Source: Catajapyx aquilonaris (taxonomy: Eukaryota). From it: a DNA stretch of 64,000 nt. The notes under the pieces are model-generated. The model searched no databases and was not told the origin of the DNA. It saw only the letters and a program-made list of their open reading frames with translations. Where the stretch lies: NCBI GenBank assembly GCA_000934665.2, contig KZ538360.1, positions 1-64,000 on the forward strand. Reading direction: 5' to 3'. Made by a program: the position numbers and the translations under genes. Numbering within the stretch: the first letter of the stretch is position 1; the number at the start of each line of letters is the position of its first letter. Below, one piece after another: positions 53,037 to 64,000 of this stretch.

Positions 53037-56000
53037 CCCGGTGTAAATTTTTAATCAGGCTCAGCAGGTTTATACGAATCCTTGCAAAAAAATAAAAAAA
53101 ATAAAGCTGAAGGAATCCTCACTAAATATTGGACCAATCACGAAAATAATGAAGACACACTGCCCTTCCCAATCATTATCCTCTCTTTTCTTCAAAGAAG
53201 ATTCTGGCATCAAAGTAAGGCGTAAAAAAAATGGTGTCTTCTTCCTAACAATTATCCCTTTGTTATATTCCCCTCGGTTCAGTAGCCAGTCTGGATACAA
53301 GCACGAATCCAAGATGGCTCCCTCAAAATACCGGTACAGCCTTAATGCAATTTAATTGGGGAGGCAGATCAGTCTCATAACTCGCCATTTGAGATACCGT
53401 AAACAGGGCCCGGGTTATAAAACCGGTGTCTTAAAAAAATCCAGGCAATATGTTCTGGTTTACCTTTTCCTTAATTGTGGAGATCGAGTGACTTTTGATG
53501 TTAAGGCCGGGGTACACCGGGTACGAGGAACACTTTGACTGGAGATGCGCGACAGTAAAACATGCGTTTTATCGTGTCGCCTCTCAGACAAACGGAAAAA
53601 AAAAGTTACATTATTAACCTCGCAAACCTTAAAAAAAGAGTTTACGAGCATGACAATTTTTACTATCATCCTGATCCCTCCATTTGTATGGATGGGCATG
53701 AAACACGGACATGAACTCTTAAAGTGTGATGAGGCAATGACAGCTAATGGCCGCGTGGAGTCGCCTCGTAATGCCCGCTTTTTCATGAAGATGTGCCGTT
53801 TTGTACAATCGGAAAAATTAAACGTGTCACACTGTACCGTTTCAATTAAAATCACACACACAAAAAAACTGCTAGCAACACTGTCCAGATAAACATGTCC
53901 GGAAAGGTCACGTGTCAGTCGCACATGCCACCGACATGTCCCAACTTTCAAGCCGCGTACAGTACGTGCGTTATCGTATCATTAAATCGGTGTCAACATA
54001 TCCCCTTGGCCTTGTCATGACTAACCCCCTGTTGTTGTTTCATTGCGCGATACAGGTCTTTTTTAGGTGGCTTGGAGTAAAGGAAAAAAAATAAAATCGA
54101 GAGCTCACACTCGTGACAAATTTCTCGAGCCGTGACTAATGCAACGGAACATGTCGGTGGCAGAAGATCAGAATCACACAAGCCGACAACACGTTGTTAT
54201 TCCGCGTTTTTGGCCCAGGCGACACGACGCATCATGGCAAGCGTGGTGTCGTCATTAAGACGGATGTACCGGTGGAAAATTATTCACAGCTAGACTCTCC
54301 AAAGCGTGCCACATGTATAGAGTGCGAGAGATGTGGGGACAGAAAAAAAGACCGTACACTCCAGTACCTAGCATGCTGGAACATAATCAAGTAAAGATAT
54401 TAGCATAACTGCAATTAGGGATGAACTAAGAGTTAAGTGTAGATAGCAATATTTCTTGTTAAGCAATTAAAAAACCTAATTAAACATTAAGCTGCATTAC
54501 ATAGAGAAGAGACGGGGATATACAAATTGCAAATTTTATTAATTTAATTTAATCTTAATACAGTAAATGCAATAATAAGCAATAAGTTACTATTTTATTC
54601 CTCATGGGCTATTGCGAACGGCTAGAATCAATAACTATCTCGTGCAAGTATTGGATCTACTACTAGCCTATACTATACCGGTATATGAATTAATGAATAT
54701 GGTAATAACTGAATATAAGTAGCCCTATTAAATGTGACTAAATAATATCTAACAAGATTTTATTTACAATTTATTTTTCGCTATTATATGCCTATTACTT
54801 TTACGTAATTACAAGTACAATTTGTAATGCCATCAATGATTAATCATTAGTACTACTTTATCATTTTACTAATTGGTTATTACTTTACCGTGTCCTTTAT
54901 TTAGTTCAGTTTATTATTTTATGCTAATTTATCATTGCAGCTGTAGGTGTTTATAACAACGTATAGGTCTACTATTAAAACTCATAAAAATAATATGAAT
55001 GCCTCCAGCGTCATGTTGGTAAGTTATACGTAATACGTTGCCGCTGTTATTAGTCTACTACTTCGGATCTTCATATAGGCCTTAGGCCTACTGCCTAATT
55101 ATTATCAAGGAAGGTTCACGTACATGCATAATTGCTTATCAATTTTTTCCCTAGAAGCTGTTGCTTATTTTTACCCGCTTGACCTTTTCTGACTACATTA
55201 CTGCCAAATTAGGTTAAAGTGCGCAGGTGACAGGAATGACGTGCAAGTTAATTAAGCCTTCAAAAATAGATCCACTGTACATGAGCTATACTAGATCTAA
55301 AAAAAAATCGGCAGCCCCTAAATTAATATTGTTAATTAAATTTTTAAAAAACCGTGGGTGGCTTATCCGCTGCAACCTCCCACACACCATTGCAATAAAT
55401 ATACCCACGTCTATCATCGCATATCTGTCAAGCGAAAAAAATGGCCACCTTCGCCGCATCCCAGCATGAAACCTCCGATAGCAAAAAATACATATATTTT
55501 GAGCACCTATCTACTATATAGTAACGAAAGACAAAGTCATTATCGAGGCGAAGGTTCAGGCACGAGTTGTCTTGAGCCAACTAATTGAAACATCTCTTTT
55601 GGAAACACCATGTGCCATGGTTCGCACAGGCATTTTCTTGAAGGCCTCCAGTCCTCTCCGATATTTACGGCGAATTCCATCGACATCTTTTATTACACGC
55701 GTTAATAACCGGGACAGGTTTGCCTGACAAAATCAAACCCTTGTCCTGCCTGTCTCCGCAAACACGTTTTCTAACCAACCATCACATGCTATTTTTCCTT
55801 TACCCCTCAAAAAAGTGTGCACAAAAGAAAATTCCATTTTTATTGTGTCATAAGCGATGCCCCAAGATGGCGCCCGTTTCGCGAATTTGCCCATAAATTT
55901 CGAACCATGACTTTTACATTCTCCGTATTTTGGCTGCAACATGTGGGTATCACACACACTATAAGCTTTTCCATAAAAAATAAAAAAATAAGCGGGTTTG

Positions 56001-59000
56001 AGGCAAATTGAAGCGTTCCTGGTTCGTGAACCATTATGCTAATTAATACATGCCTTTTCCCTCCTCGTTCAGATGAAAAATGCAATTAATGCCAGAATTA
56101 TGTGGAAAGGTACACACCGGCTATTGGACCGGTGCATGTGCATAATTATAAATAAACTTGTAAAAGGCCGAAATATCTTGCTCACACGACGTACTTTTTT
56201 AAATCTGAAAAGTTCAAAAAAAACTGGTATGACCGAAAGTACTTGTTTTATTACATACCAAATCATCAGTGCGTGAAACAGAGGCTAATTTGATCCGCGT
56301 ATATTCATTTTGCAGGATACTTTCTATTCATAAAATACCACAAGTTTTGTTATATTACAGGCCCCGGTTCTAGCTCATTTTTCCCCTGATTTAATCAGTA
56401 TGCATACCATCCCCGCTCTAGTTTTTTTTTATTCCAAATGATATTCATGGGGGCATGGTGCATAAAAATAAACATTACTAATCGTACTGCGCATTGCAAA
56501 TATTTTCATCACAAATTGGGCCCATCTGTTTGATTTCATGTCTCTAATACAGATTTTGCAATCGAGGGTTTGAACCCCGGGTTTGTTTGCTGTACTTGGA
56601 TTAATTTGTCGCGCTTAAATACTGCACCTCCTCTTAAGATATTTTCAGCGTAAAAGGTCGGATTTCCAGATTCCGTAGAAAAAAAAAAGTGAACCTTAGC
56701 TTTCAGTATCCAACTTTTAAATCCGTTCGATACAAGGCGGACAAGAGAGCCAGGTCCAGAAGAAGTTGAAAAAAAAAAAAGCGAGAGCTTCAAAAGAAAG
56801 CGAGCAAAGTTGAAATGCGAAAAAGGAACAGCCAGAGCACCAAAGGCAAGTGGCCTTTGACTAAAACTGAAAAATAGAAATAGAAGAGGGGAGGGGGGGG
56901 GGAATAGGGAGGGAAAGAAGTCCGGTCAAAGAAGGTTCCGTGTTTAACTTGGCGTCAAAGGAGCCGAAAGACTCTCTTTTTAGAGTACACTCTTGGGAAA
57001 GAGAGAAAAAAAGTGCTATAACTCCATCTGACCGTTACCCACGTTTTAAAGATTTGTTTTGTTTACAAGCAAATGTGCAGGGTACAAAACTAGTGATGTA
57101 AATCAAATTCATTTGCGATTATTTGGAGCTGCATATAGTTGCTTCAATGCGTTCTGCACCTGAAATGGAGCGCTTTTAATTTTGACTACAAAATTGTTCA
57201 AATCAAGCGATACCGGTATGATAAAAATTGAACATAACAGGAAAATATTATATAGTCACTCATATGGAGATGTTGATACCTTTATTATTATTGAAAAGTA
57301 GAAAATTTAATGACACAATATTAGTGGGGTATTTTTTATACCCCACTGCTATATCTGACATATGCATATCATGGTATTTGGAGTGTGTTGGTGCTTGAAA
57401 AGTAATATTATTTAACCTGAAGGTGACCAAGGGAACATAGGCCATCCTAAGTTTCCCCACCTTGAAGGATGAGATAGCCAAAGGGTGGGGATCCGCCATC
57501 TTTATTTGGCGACGCGCCAAATCAAATCTCTGGCGAATCTCGGACACATCTCACGACACTTTTACGAGCGCCGAAGAGGCAAAGCGTCAATTGCGTTGCC
57601 AATAAATCACACGTGCCCTGCCTTCACTGTCTCCTTCCAAACTCCTAAGCCTTTTTCCCCTCCACTTCTTCTATATTTTTTTATAGCTATAGACGCCTAG
57701 TGTCCAACGTTGTTTTGCACACTCTCCAATTCGAATTCGAGCCTTTTGATGGCCATTTTTTGGACGGTGGTTGGACAGAATGGTACCCGGTAATTAAACA
57801 TATTTGTTCGGTGGCCACCGCCGTGATGTATCGCATCAGCGGACCCGACAGCCACCTATTTATACCGGTACCCACGTAAAACGGCACCGTCTATTTCACT
57901 GTCAAAATGTCAGTCAGGAACACTCTGGGAAAAATTGTTGTTCGGTTCCCTTTCAATCACATGGGGAGTGGGGGGGGGGGGAGCATTTTGGAAATGGGGT
58001 GGGCCAAAAACCGAAATCACAGGGTTGGGTGGGGGGGAGGGGGGCTGGAAAAACATTCATTCCGCATTTGCAGTGGGTAGTTTTAGGCCAGCGTGTAATG
58101 AACTCTTAGTTGTGATTTGAGTGTCCGGCATGATGTGATCGGTCAGAGGTTGTTGACTCTCATGGAATTTTTTGGATGGCAAAATATATGAAGGTGTGGC
58201 CCAGTTAATCTGTGTTCCCGGCGATATCCAAAAAATATCGCAAATCTATATGATGTAATATCGATAATCGAGGTATCTGTTAGAAATATAATATTCGACA
58301 CAGTCATCTACTCAATATGTCTTCAAAACTAATCAGAATGTTAAAAATATACGGAAAATATTCAAAATATTTATTCGAAACGAGTCGAATGCGCATACTG
58401 TACCGTAGCGTGTATAATTTCATACTTAATATAAAAAATAAGTTGCCTTATAGAGTTATTAAAAATATTAGCTGATAATATTATGCCGAACATGCTCACT
58501 TCTCCAAACTGTGAATTTCCTATTCAGCTGCTTTTTAAAACGATTGGTCCACATAAGCTAATACTAGCAGCTAATAGCCTACTTTAGCCAACTGCTTAAA
58601 ATAAACAGCTTAGTGCCAAAAGTAACTACCATTTGATCACGTCGAAAGAACACCACATTTAATTCGCACGTTACGTCAAACCCGTCAAAATTGCGTAACT
58701 TTTTGGCCTATTGCGAAAGGGACTTTGTCCGAATTCTTGGGCGTCGTGAATAACCATGCTAACGATCCAAAGTGTCCGCTTTCCCCCCTTTTTAACGCCA
58801 GTGTCCAAGTGTGAAGAGGTGGCCATTTTGGATCTTTTACACGTCCGAAAGCGGTGGTGGTAATGACACGCCACTTTCATTCCAGGCACATTTCGCAATA
58901 TTCCCCCTCCTCTCCCCTCCTCTCCTCCTCTCCCTCTGTAGAAGTTGCGGGGGTCGGAACCGCATTCAGAGATGCTTTTACTGCAGCCCAAATGACTCTG

Positions 59001-59339
59001 TTCCAAAGCACTGCATCTTATTTAGTATGCAAGGAGCCTGGTCGCCCATTCCGGGGATGCCAAATTTCTTCCCCGCCCACAAAAACCAGGACCACCCGGT
59101 GGGGTAGAGGGAGGGGGAGGGAGGGGGGGGGAGAAGAAAACAAACGCCTGGATTGCAAGCACGGTCGGCCTCACACTATTTGCTTCTATCACCTCGGCTT
59201 ACACCGCCAGCAATTGCTCTAATGCCGGTGATCAATAACTGACCGCGATTTTTCAGCGCGTTTTCAAGTGGGGATCAAGAACAGACGCCTGGTGCAGCTG
59301 GGATGGCTCGGACACCTTCATGTTGACAATATGAGCGCG

Positions 59340-59455
59340 TTCCCCTGGGCGGATAGTTTATCGGAAATCTCACCCGAGACAGAGTCGGAGAAACCCAAAC
59401 TCAGCCCGTGCCTGGGGTCGAACCGAGGGCCTTTCTATCCTTAAACTCGGTCGCC
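59340..59455 (-). mobile_element. Possible tRNA-derived SINE remnant
   Basis: Minus-strand Pol III B box GGTTCGACCCC (59414-59424), followed by 'GGGTTTCTCCG', typical of SINE bodies. No clear A box. Confidence 0.35.
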
Positions 59456-59735
59456 TTCTTCATGTTTTTATTTAACTTATTCTTTTATTATTTTATTAGT
59501 TTAGTTATTAGTTGATTTTATTAGTTAATTTTTATAAGCTTTGTTATTAAAATGAATTTTAAATGAACCATTTATAGTTGTAAATAAAATGATGTAAAGC
59601 AAATAAATTATATACGGTATCAAATATTATAATATGTAAAATATTTTCAAATAGACTACTCGTACAATAATTTAAAGGTTTAAATAAAATGAATTAAAAA
59701 TTAAATTGGCATAAGATTGCACAAATTGACATATA

Positions 59736-59945
59736 CAGGGTGGACCAACTTCAAGTGTCGTTTTATAACGGTGATTTTGCGATGACGTCATCGAAAATAT
59801 TAGCTGCCGATAGGGCAGCCAATTGGCAGCTAATATTTTCGATGGCGCCGAAGTGGGCCATGTTACACGTCGCTGCTACGTCAATCGTAAAGCGCTTCTA
59901 TTAATAGCCGTTTTATAAAACGACACTTGAAGTTGGTCCACCCTG
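59736..59945. mobile_element. Tc1/mariner-type MITE (210 bp) with CAGGGTG termini
   Basis: TA on both flanks. Perfect 33-bp TIR CAGGGTGGACCAACTTCAAGTGTCGTTTTATAA. Internal perfect 20-bp inverted repeat at 59789-59808 / 59825-59844. Confidence 0.92.
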
Positions 59946-60663
59946 TATTTTAAACACAGTAAATATTCAATGAAGTCATTTTAAATGCACAATGTTTTAA
60001 AATAATATATTACTGAAGAAAATATTATGAAATAAAATATTTTAATTATTAAAATTAGTTTAATTACAGTGAAATGTTCTTAAAGAAAACATAAAATAAA
60101 ATAACTTGGAGAACTCTCTCCTGCGTATGCGCCGTGAGATATCATTAGTGTAGGTTCTAGCAGCGCCTGTGCATTGTATAGTTCCTCACTACCAAGGCTA
60201 CATAACTATGTGTCTAAAAGAACACCTTAAATCAAGTCGGCAGTTCTTAAAAACACCCTTTCTCCCACCAAAAAATGCCAAGAAAAAAAACCTCTTTAAG
60301 GTGATTATAATATGCAGATTGGGCAAGAACACAAGCAAAGGTGTCTAACTAATAACCGGGCATGATGGTCACGATCCCCTTCCATTCACCCCAAAACGCT
60401 TTTGGTGTCACACCGAATTTCGAGACCCGTCACTAAATAGAAAGCGTTACAAGAGGGACCCCGCCTTAGCCGAGCTGCTAAAAAGTATAAAAACTCTCCA
60501 CTAATTTTTTGGGAATGGCCCCAACCTCCCATATTGCAAGACGGGTCGAAGCCACTTCGAAAATAAATTAATTGTCATCCCCAATCACATAAAACTAATG
60601 TAATGGGCAATTTAACGGGTTCGTTACACGACGTTAGGCACTTGTAATCCTCCTAGAAGGCGG

Positions 60664-60730
60664 NNNNNNNNNNNNNNNNNNNNNNNNNNNNNNNNNNNNN
60701 NNNNNNNNNNNNNNNNNNNNNNNNNNNNNN
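60664..60730. other. Assembly gap (N run) abutting a G homopolymer
   Basis: N run followed by 12 G. Confidence 0.99.
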
Positions 60731-62041
60731 GGGGGGGGGGGCAGAAAAGCCATGTCTTTACCAGTGGATTTCAATATTGAAGCTTTTTTGAGAATGCACT
60801 GTTAGCGATTTAAGCTATAAGTGATAGCAAAAATTTCAATAATAGTACACGCCAAAAAAGTTGCGGACATGCAGCAACCGTCAGCACTCTAGAAAGGTGA
60901 CTATTTTACAACGCCCAATTTAATTTCCAGTCTATTTAAATACTTATTTTAGTAATATGAGCTAACGGAGAAGTTCAATGATAATGTCCCATGAATACCA
61001 TATTGCAGTGCGGCGGGTTACTTTCAATCCTGGACGTTCATCATTTTGCATGGGTTATTTTGGCTCCTCCCAAAACTTTGAATGTCACTGGTGCATAGAT
61101 TTCCCCCCACTTTGAGTGAGAGAGAATCGCATCCAATTTTATTCACGATTAATTTCACTCGTTGATGAGACCTTTTTAAACGTTACAAAATACACATCAC
61201 ATGCATCGAGCCCACGTTTCCAATTCCCATGTTAATGGCGGCAGTATATAGTAATGTCCGGTTAGAGCTAGAGGGGGACACACTAAAAAAAACGATAGTG
61301 TGTGTGTGGGGTTGGGTGGGGTGGTCCTCCATTACCAGGCAAAGATTAACGTTATGTACGCTAAAATAAGTTACGAGTCGGGAAATGAAATGACATTAGG
61401 ATGTAATCGCATAAGCAGAATCTTCCGCCAGAACGGGCAGCCGCTATTTATGCATGGAAGCCGCAGAATTAGGCCTAATATAATTTCACCTGCGGCAAAT
61501 GCATGTGCGTGCAAACCTACGAGGAGTGGAAAAAAAACTGGCCATTTTGATATTGCGAAATATTTTTGACGCACCCTGTGAAATCTACTAATGAGGAAAT
61601 CACCTGCTACAAGCTGTAACTGGACACAAAAAAGGTGCGACAGGAATGTTGCCGATTTGGGTACCGGCGACAAGACGGCATCAATCATTTCAACTCCACG
61701 TGGTATCGATTCACCCGTGCAACACAAGGTCTGTTTCAAATTAGCAATCCTTTTCTCCTTTTTTTTTGCTTTTTTACGTATTCCAGAACCTAGTAAAAAA
61801 AAGGGGGCGACAGTTTTGTCCCCTTCGCGACAGATGACACCCGTAGCCGCCAAATTAGTTCAGCCAACATCTTTATTAGGGCTTGGTTAAGGGGGTCCCA
61901 CAACGTCGTCCCCCTCCAAAAAATCCCTCTCACGCTATGCCTGGAATGCCGACAACACACGGGGACAAGAATTTCGTCGCACACACCCCCTTAGTACCGC
62001 CTTTAAAAGAAATGTAAGACATGATTCTCCTGTTGGGCCTA

Positions 62042-62145
62042 CAGGGTGTTCAAACACACAAGGCTTAGGACTACATCTGCAGGTAAAGTTTTGAAAGCAA
62101 CTGTGTCCAAACTAACCCTTGCGCTTGGGTTAGTTCACCACCCTG
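62042..62145. mobile_element. Short degenerate CAGGGTG-type TIR element (104 bp)
   Basis: TA|CAGGGTG...CACCCTG|TA, with an internal hairpin AACTAACCC-N8-GGGTTAGTT. Confidence 0.5.
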
Positions 62146-62174
62146 TATAATGAACTCGCACCTACCCTCCTCTT

Positions 62175-62893
62175 AATGAGCGAGAGTGTAATGAACGAGG
62201 ACGTAATCATCTGCAGAAACAAGAGCCATATTGGATAGCCCCTTGCTGGTAACGGCCGGCGGCCATGTTTGGTAGGATCGGCAGGGTGGCCGAGTGCAGC
62301 AAAGAATGTTGCCAGACGCTTTTATTGAAAATGCCAGGGAAAAAACCCCCCAACACTTCAAACGATCCGGGGTTTGGTCATTAGCCCCGGAGTTTTTCTC
62401 CGGTGAACAAACACAATTTTAGCTGGCGATACGGCTCCAAGGAGATTGAAAAAAAAGGCGACAAAATGACATGCAGTTTTCCTTTGTTGTTTCAATTGCC
62501 GGTTGGCTTGATAAGCAATGGCGGTGCTTGAACATGCCTCTGGAAAAAAAAAAGATGGAGGCGATAACTGTTCAATCAGTATTCTTTTGGGAGCTGAGGT
62601 TTGATATGAAAATTGGTAGGGACTCTTCCGACGGGCCGTCACGCTGGATGACAATAGAGCTCCATTTGCATAGTTGGCTCTATTCGGGGGGGACAAGGGG
62701 TGACATAATAAGGCCATGCAGAAGGTGCGGTCATCCTCTTTTTGGGTTTTGGAAGAGTGGTGCTAGCTAGGGGCGACAAACCGCTGCTTTTCCAATTTTC
62801 GCTCCCTGCCGCCCCGGGGCCGGGCTTTTTATCTGGGGCCACATGCGAAAACTTCCCCGGGGCCTTCACAAACACAAGGCTTGCCATCATCAA
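62175..62893 (-). mobile_element. Degenerate LINE reverse-transcriptase relic
   Basis: Ordered across three ORFs: 'DKKPGPG..E.WK', 'APSAW...VTPCP', 'KRILIEQL', 'AYQANR', 'VAFFFNLLGAV' (~AxFLDLxKAF), 'GVFSLAFSIK', 'LVSADDYVL' (~YADD). Confidence 0.65.
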
Positions 62894-64000
62894 GCTTCAA
62901 CGGCCGCCTTTTCCCCGGCCCATTCTCACACCTTCTGTCACAGGAAATGAAATTAAATAAATCACACGTCCTTTACAGAGAGAGGCAAGGAGTATGAATA
63001 AGTCATGTGTGGAGGAGACAAGAGTTAAAGCAACAACAACAGCAACAACAAAAAAGTGTTCTCATCAGAAGGACCTGACTTAAAGGTGTGGATTGCACCA
63101 TGGCCTCAATCTTGATTTACGATCCAGCGAATTAAAATAATGGACCCTTGGGCCATTCGTGAACTCTGAATTACTTCTGCTCAATTTGAATGGCTTTCCA
63201 CACTTTTGAGTCAAGTTGACTCGATCAGTCGATTCGTCAAGTGGTTGGAACAATTGAATAGTGAATAAAAATGTCTTAATTAAGCAATTAATTTTGATGC
63301 AAAAATTTCTATGACATACTGAGTTGTTACGTAAGTTGAAACAGATTCGCCTTAAGCAACTGGGCGATATTCAGCTCCAAAATAATTCCAGAGAATAAGG
63401 AAACCAGAGCACCCTCCTCGGGGGAAGGGACAATTTTCCTCCAGTTTTGTGGAGGAAAACGCTTAGTTTAAATGGGATAACGACGTTGTTACAGAAATGA
63501 CCAGTTTTGGGCCAGGATCCAGAAAAGCCTTCAATTACAGACATCGTTTCCGTTCCTTCAAATGGTCGCACCTTTCAAACGAGGGATACACCTGGCCCAG
63601 GCCGGTACCACCTGTTCCGTTTATGGCGTTTCAGTCAGGTAATCCAAACACAGGGTGGACCGAAACTCACTTTTGCAACATCATTACAGTATAAACCAAT
63701 AATATTACAGGACACAGTAACTGCGTGTCCGGAGGCCCCTACATCTGTCATCAGAAGGTCGAACTCTGGGTTGTAAGCGGCGCCATCTACTAGTGTAAAT
63801 AGTATCCAACGCAATCAGACATGCAATGTTTTCTTTCGATTATAGGGACCGAAACACGCCCCTTGGACTTATTGCATATGCAGTGCGGCTCGTAAAACTG
63901 CTCGAGTAAAGAATAAGGAATACAGAGGAGGGAAAGGAATTAACAATTCTAAGAAACAGGTTTGCACTCGGTGTAAAAATCTGCCTAGGGTGATTCATTA

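Noticed and set aside
56560..56585. Pol III B-box (GGTTCAAACCC, minus strand) suggesting a tRNA
   Set aside because: No cloverleaf or A box around it.
50990..63640. Further faint LINE-like motifs at about 51060-51330, 57330-57480 and 63370-63640
   Set aside because: Only one or two weak motifs each, below the level I would call without an HMM search.

Overview
Eukaryotic, most likely animal and probably arthropod, non-genic DNA from a draft assembly: one N gap plus single Ns inside G/C homopolymers. I found no intact protein-coding gene, rRNA, tRNA or CRISPR array, and the longest ORF is 179 aa. By manual motif matching, much of the GC-moderate sequence reads as very old, deletion-riddled retroelement debris. 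This includes many RTE-clade and other LINE ORF2 fragments (two still showing endonuclease-to-RT order), Ty3/Gypsy, Ty1/Copia and BEL/Pao integrase pieces, and a possible Penelope piece. A few younger elements lie on top: a 544-bp solo LTR with a 4-bp TSD, TA-flanked Tc1/mariner/pogo-type MITEs and a perfect 63-bp palindrome, along with mini- and microsatellites. Signals the TE calls do not explain are a strong excess of YY1/Pho-type GCCAT(C/T)TT motifs inside unrelated relics, recurrent AT-rich islands, pervasive homopolymer runs and a decayed collagen-like Gly-X-Y fragment. I cannot support a new multi-gene biological system here. All protein-family calls are by eye, have approximate boundaries and need HMM confirmation.
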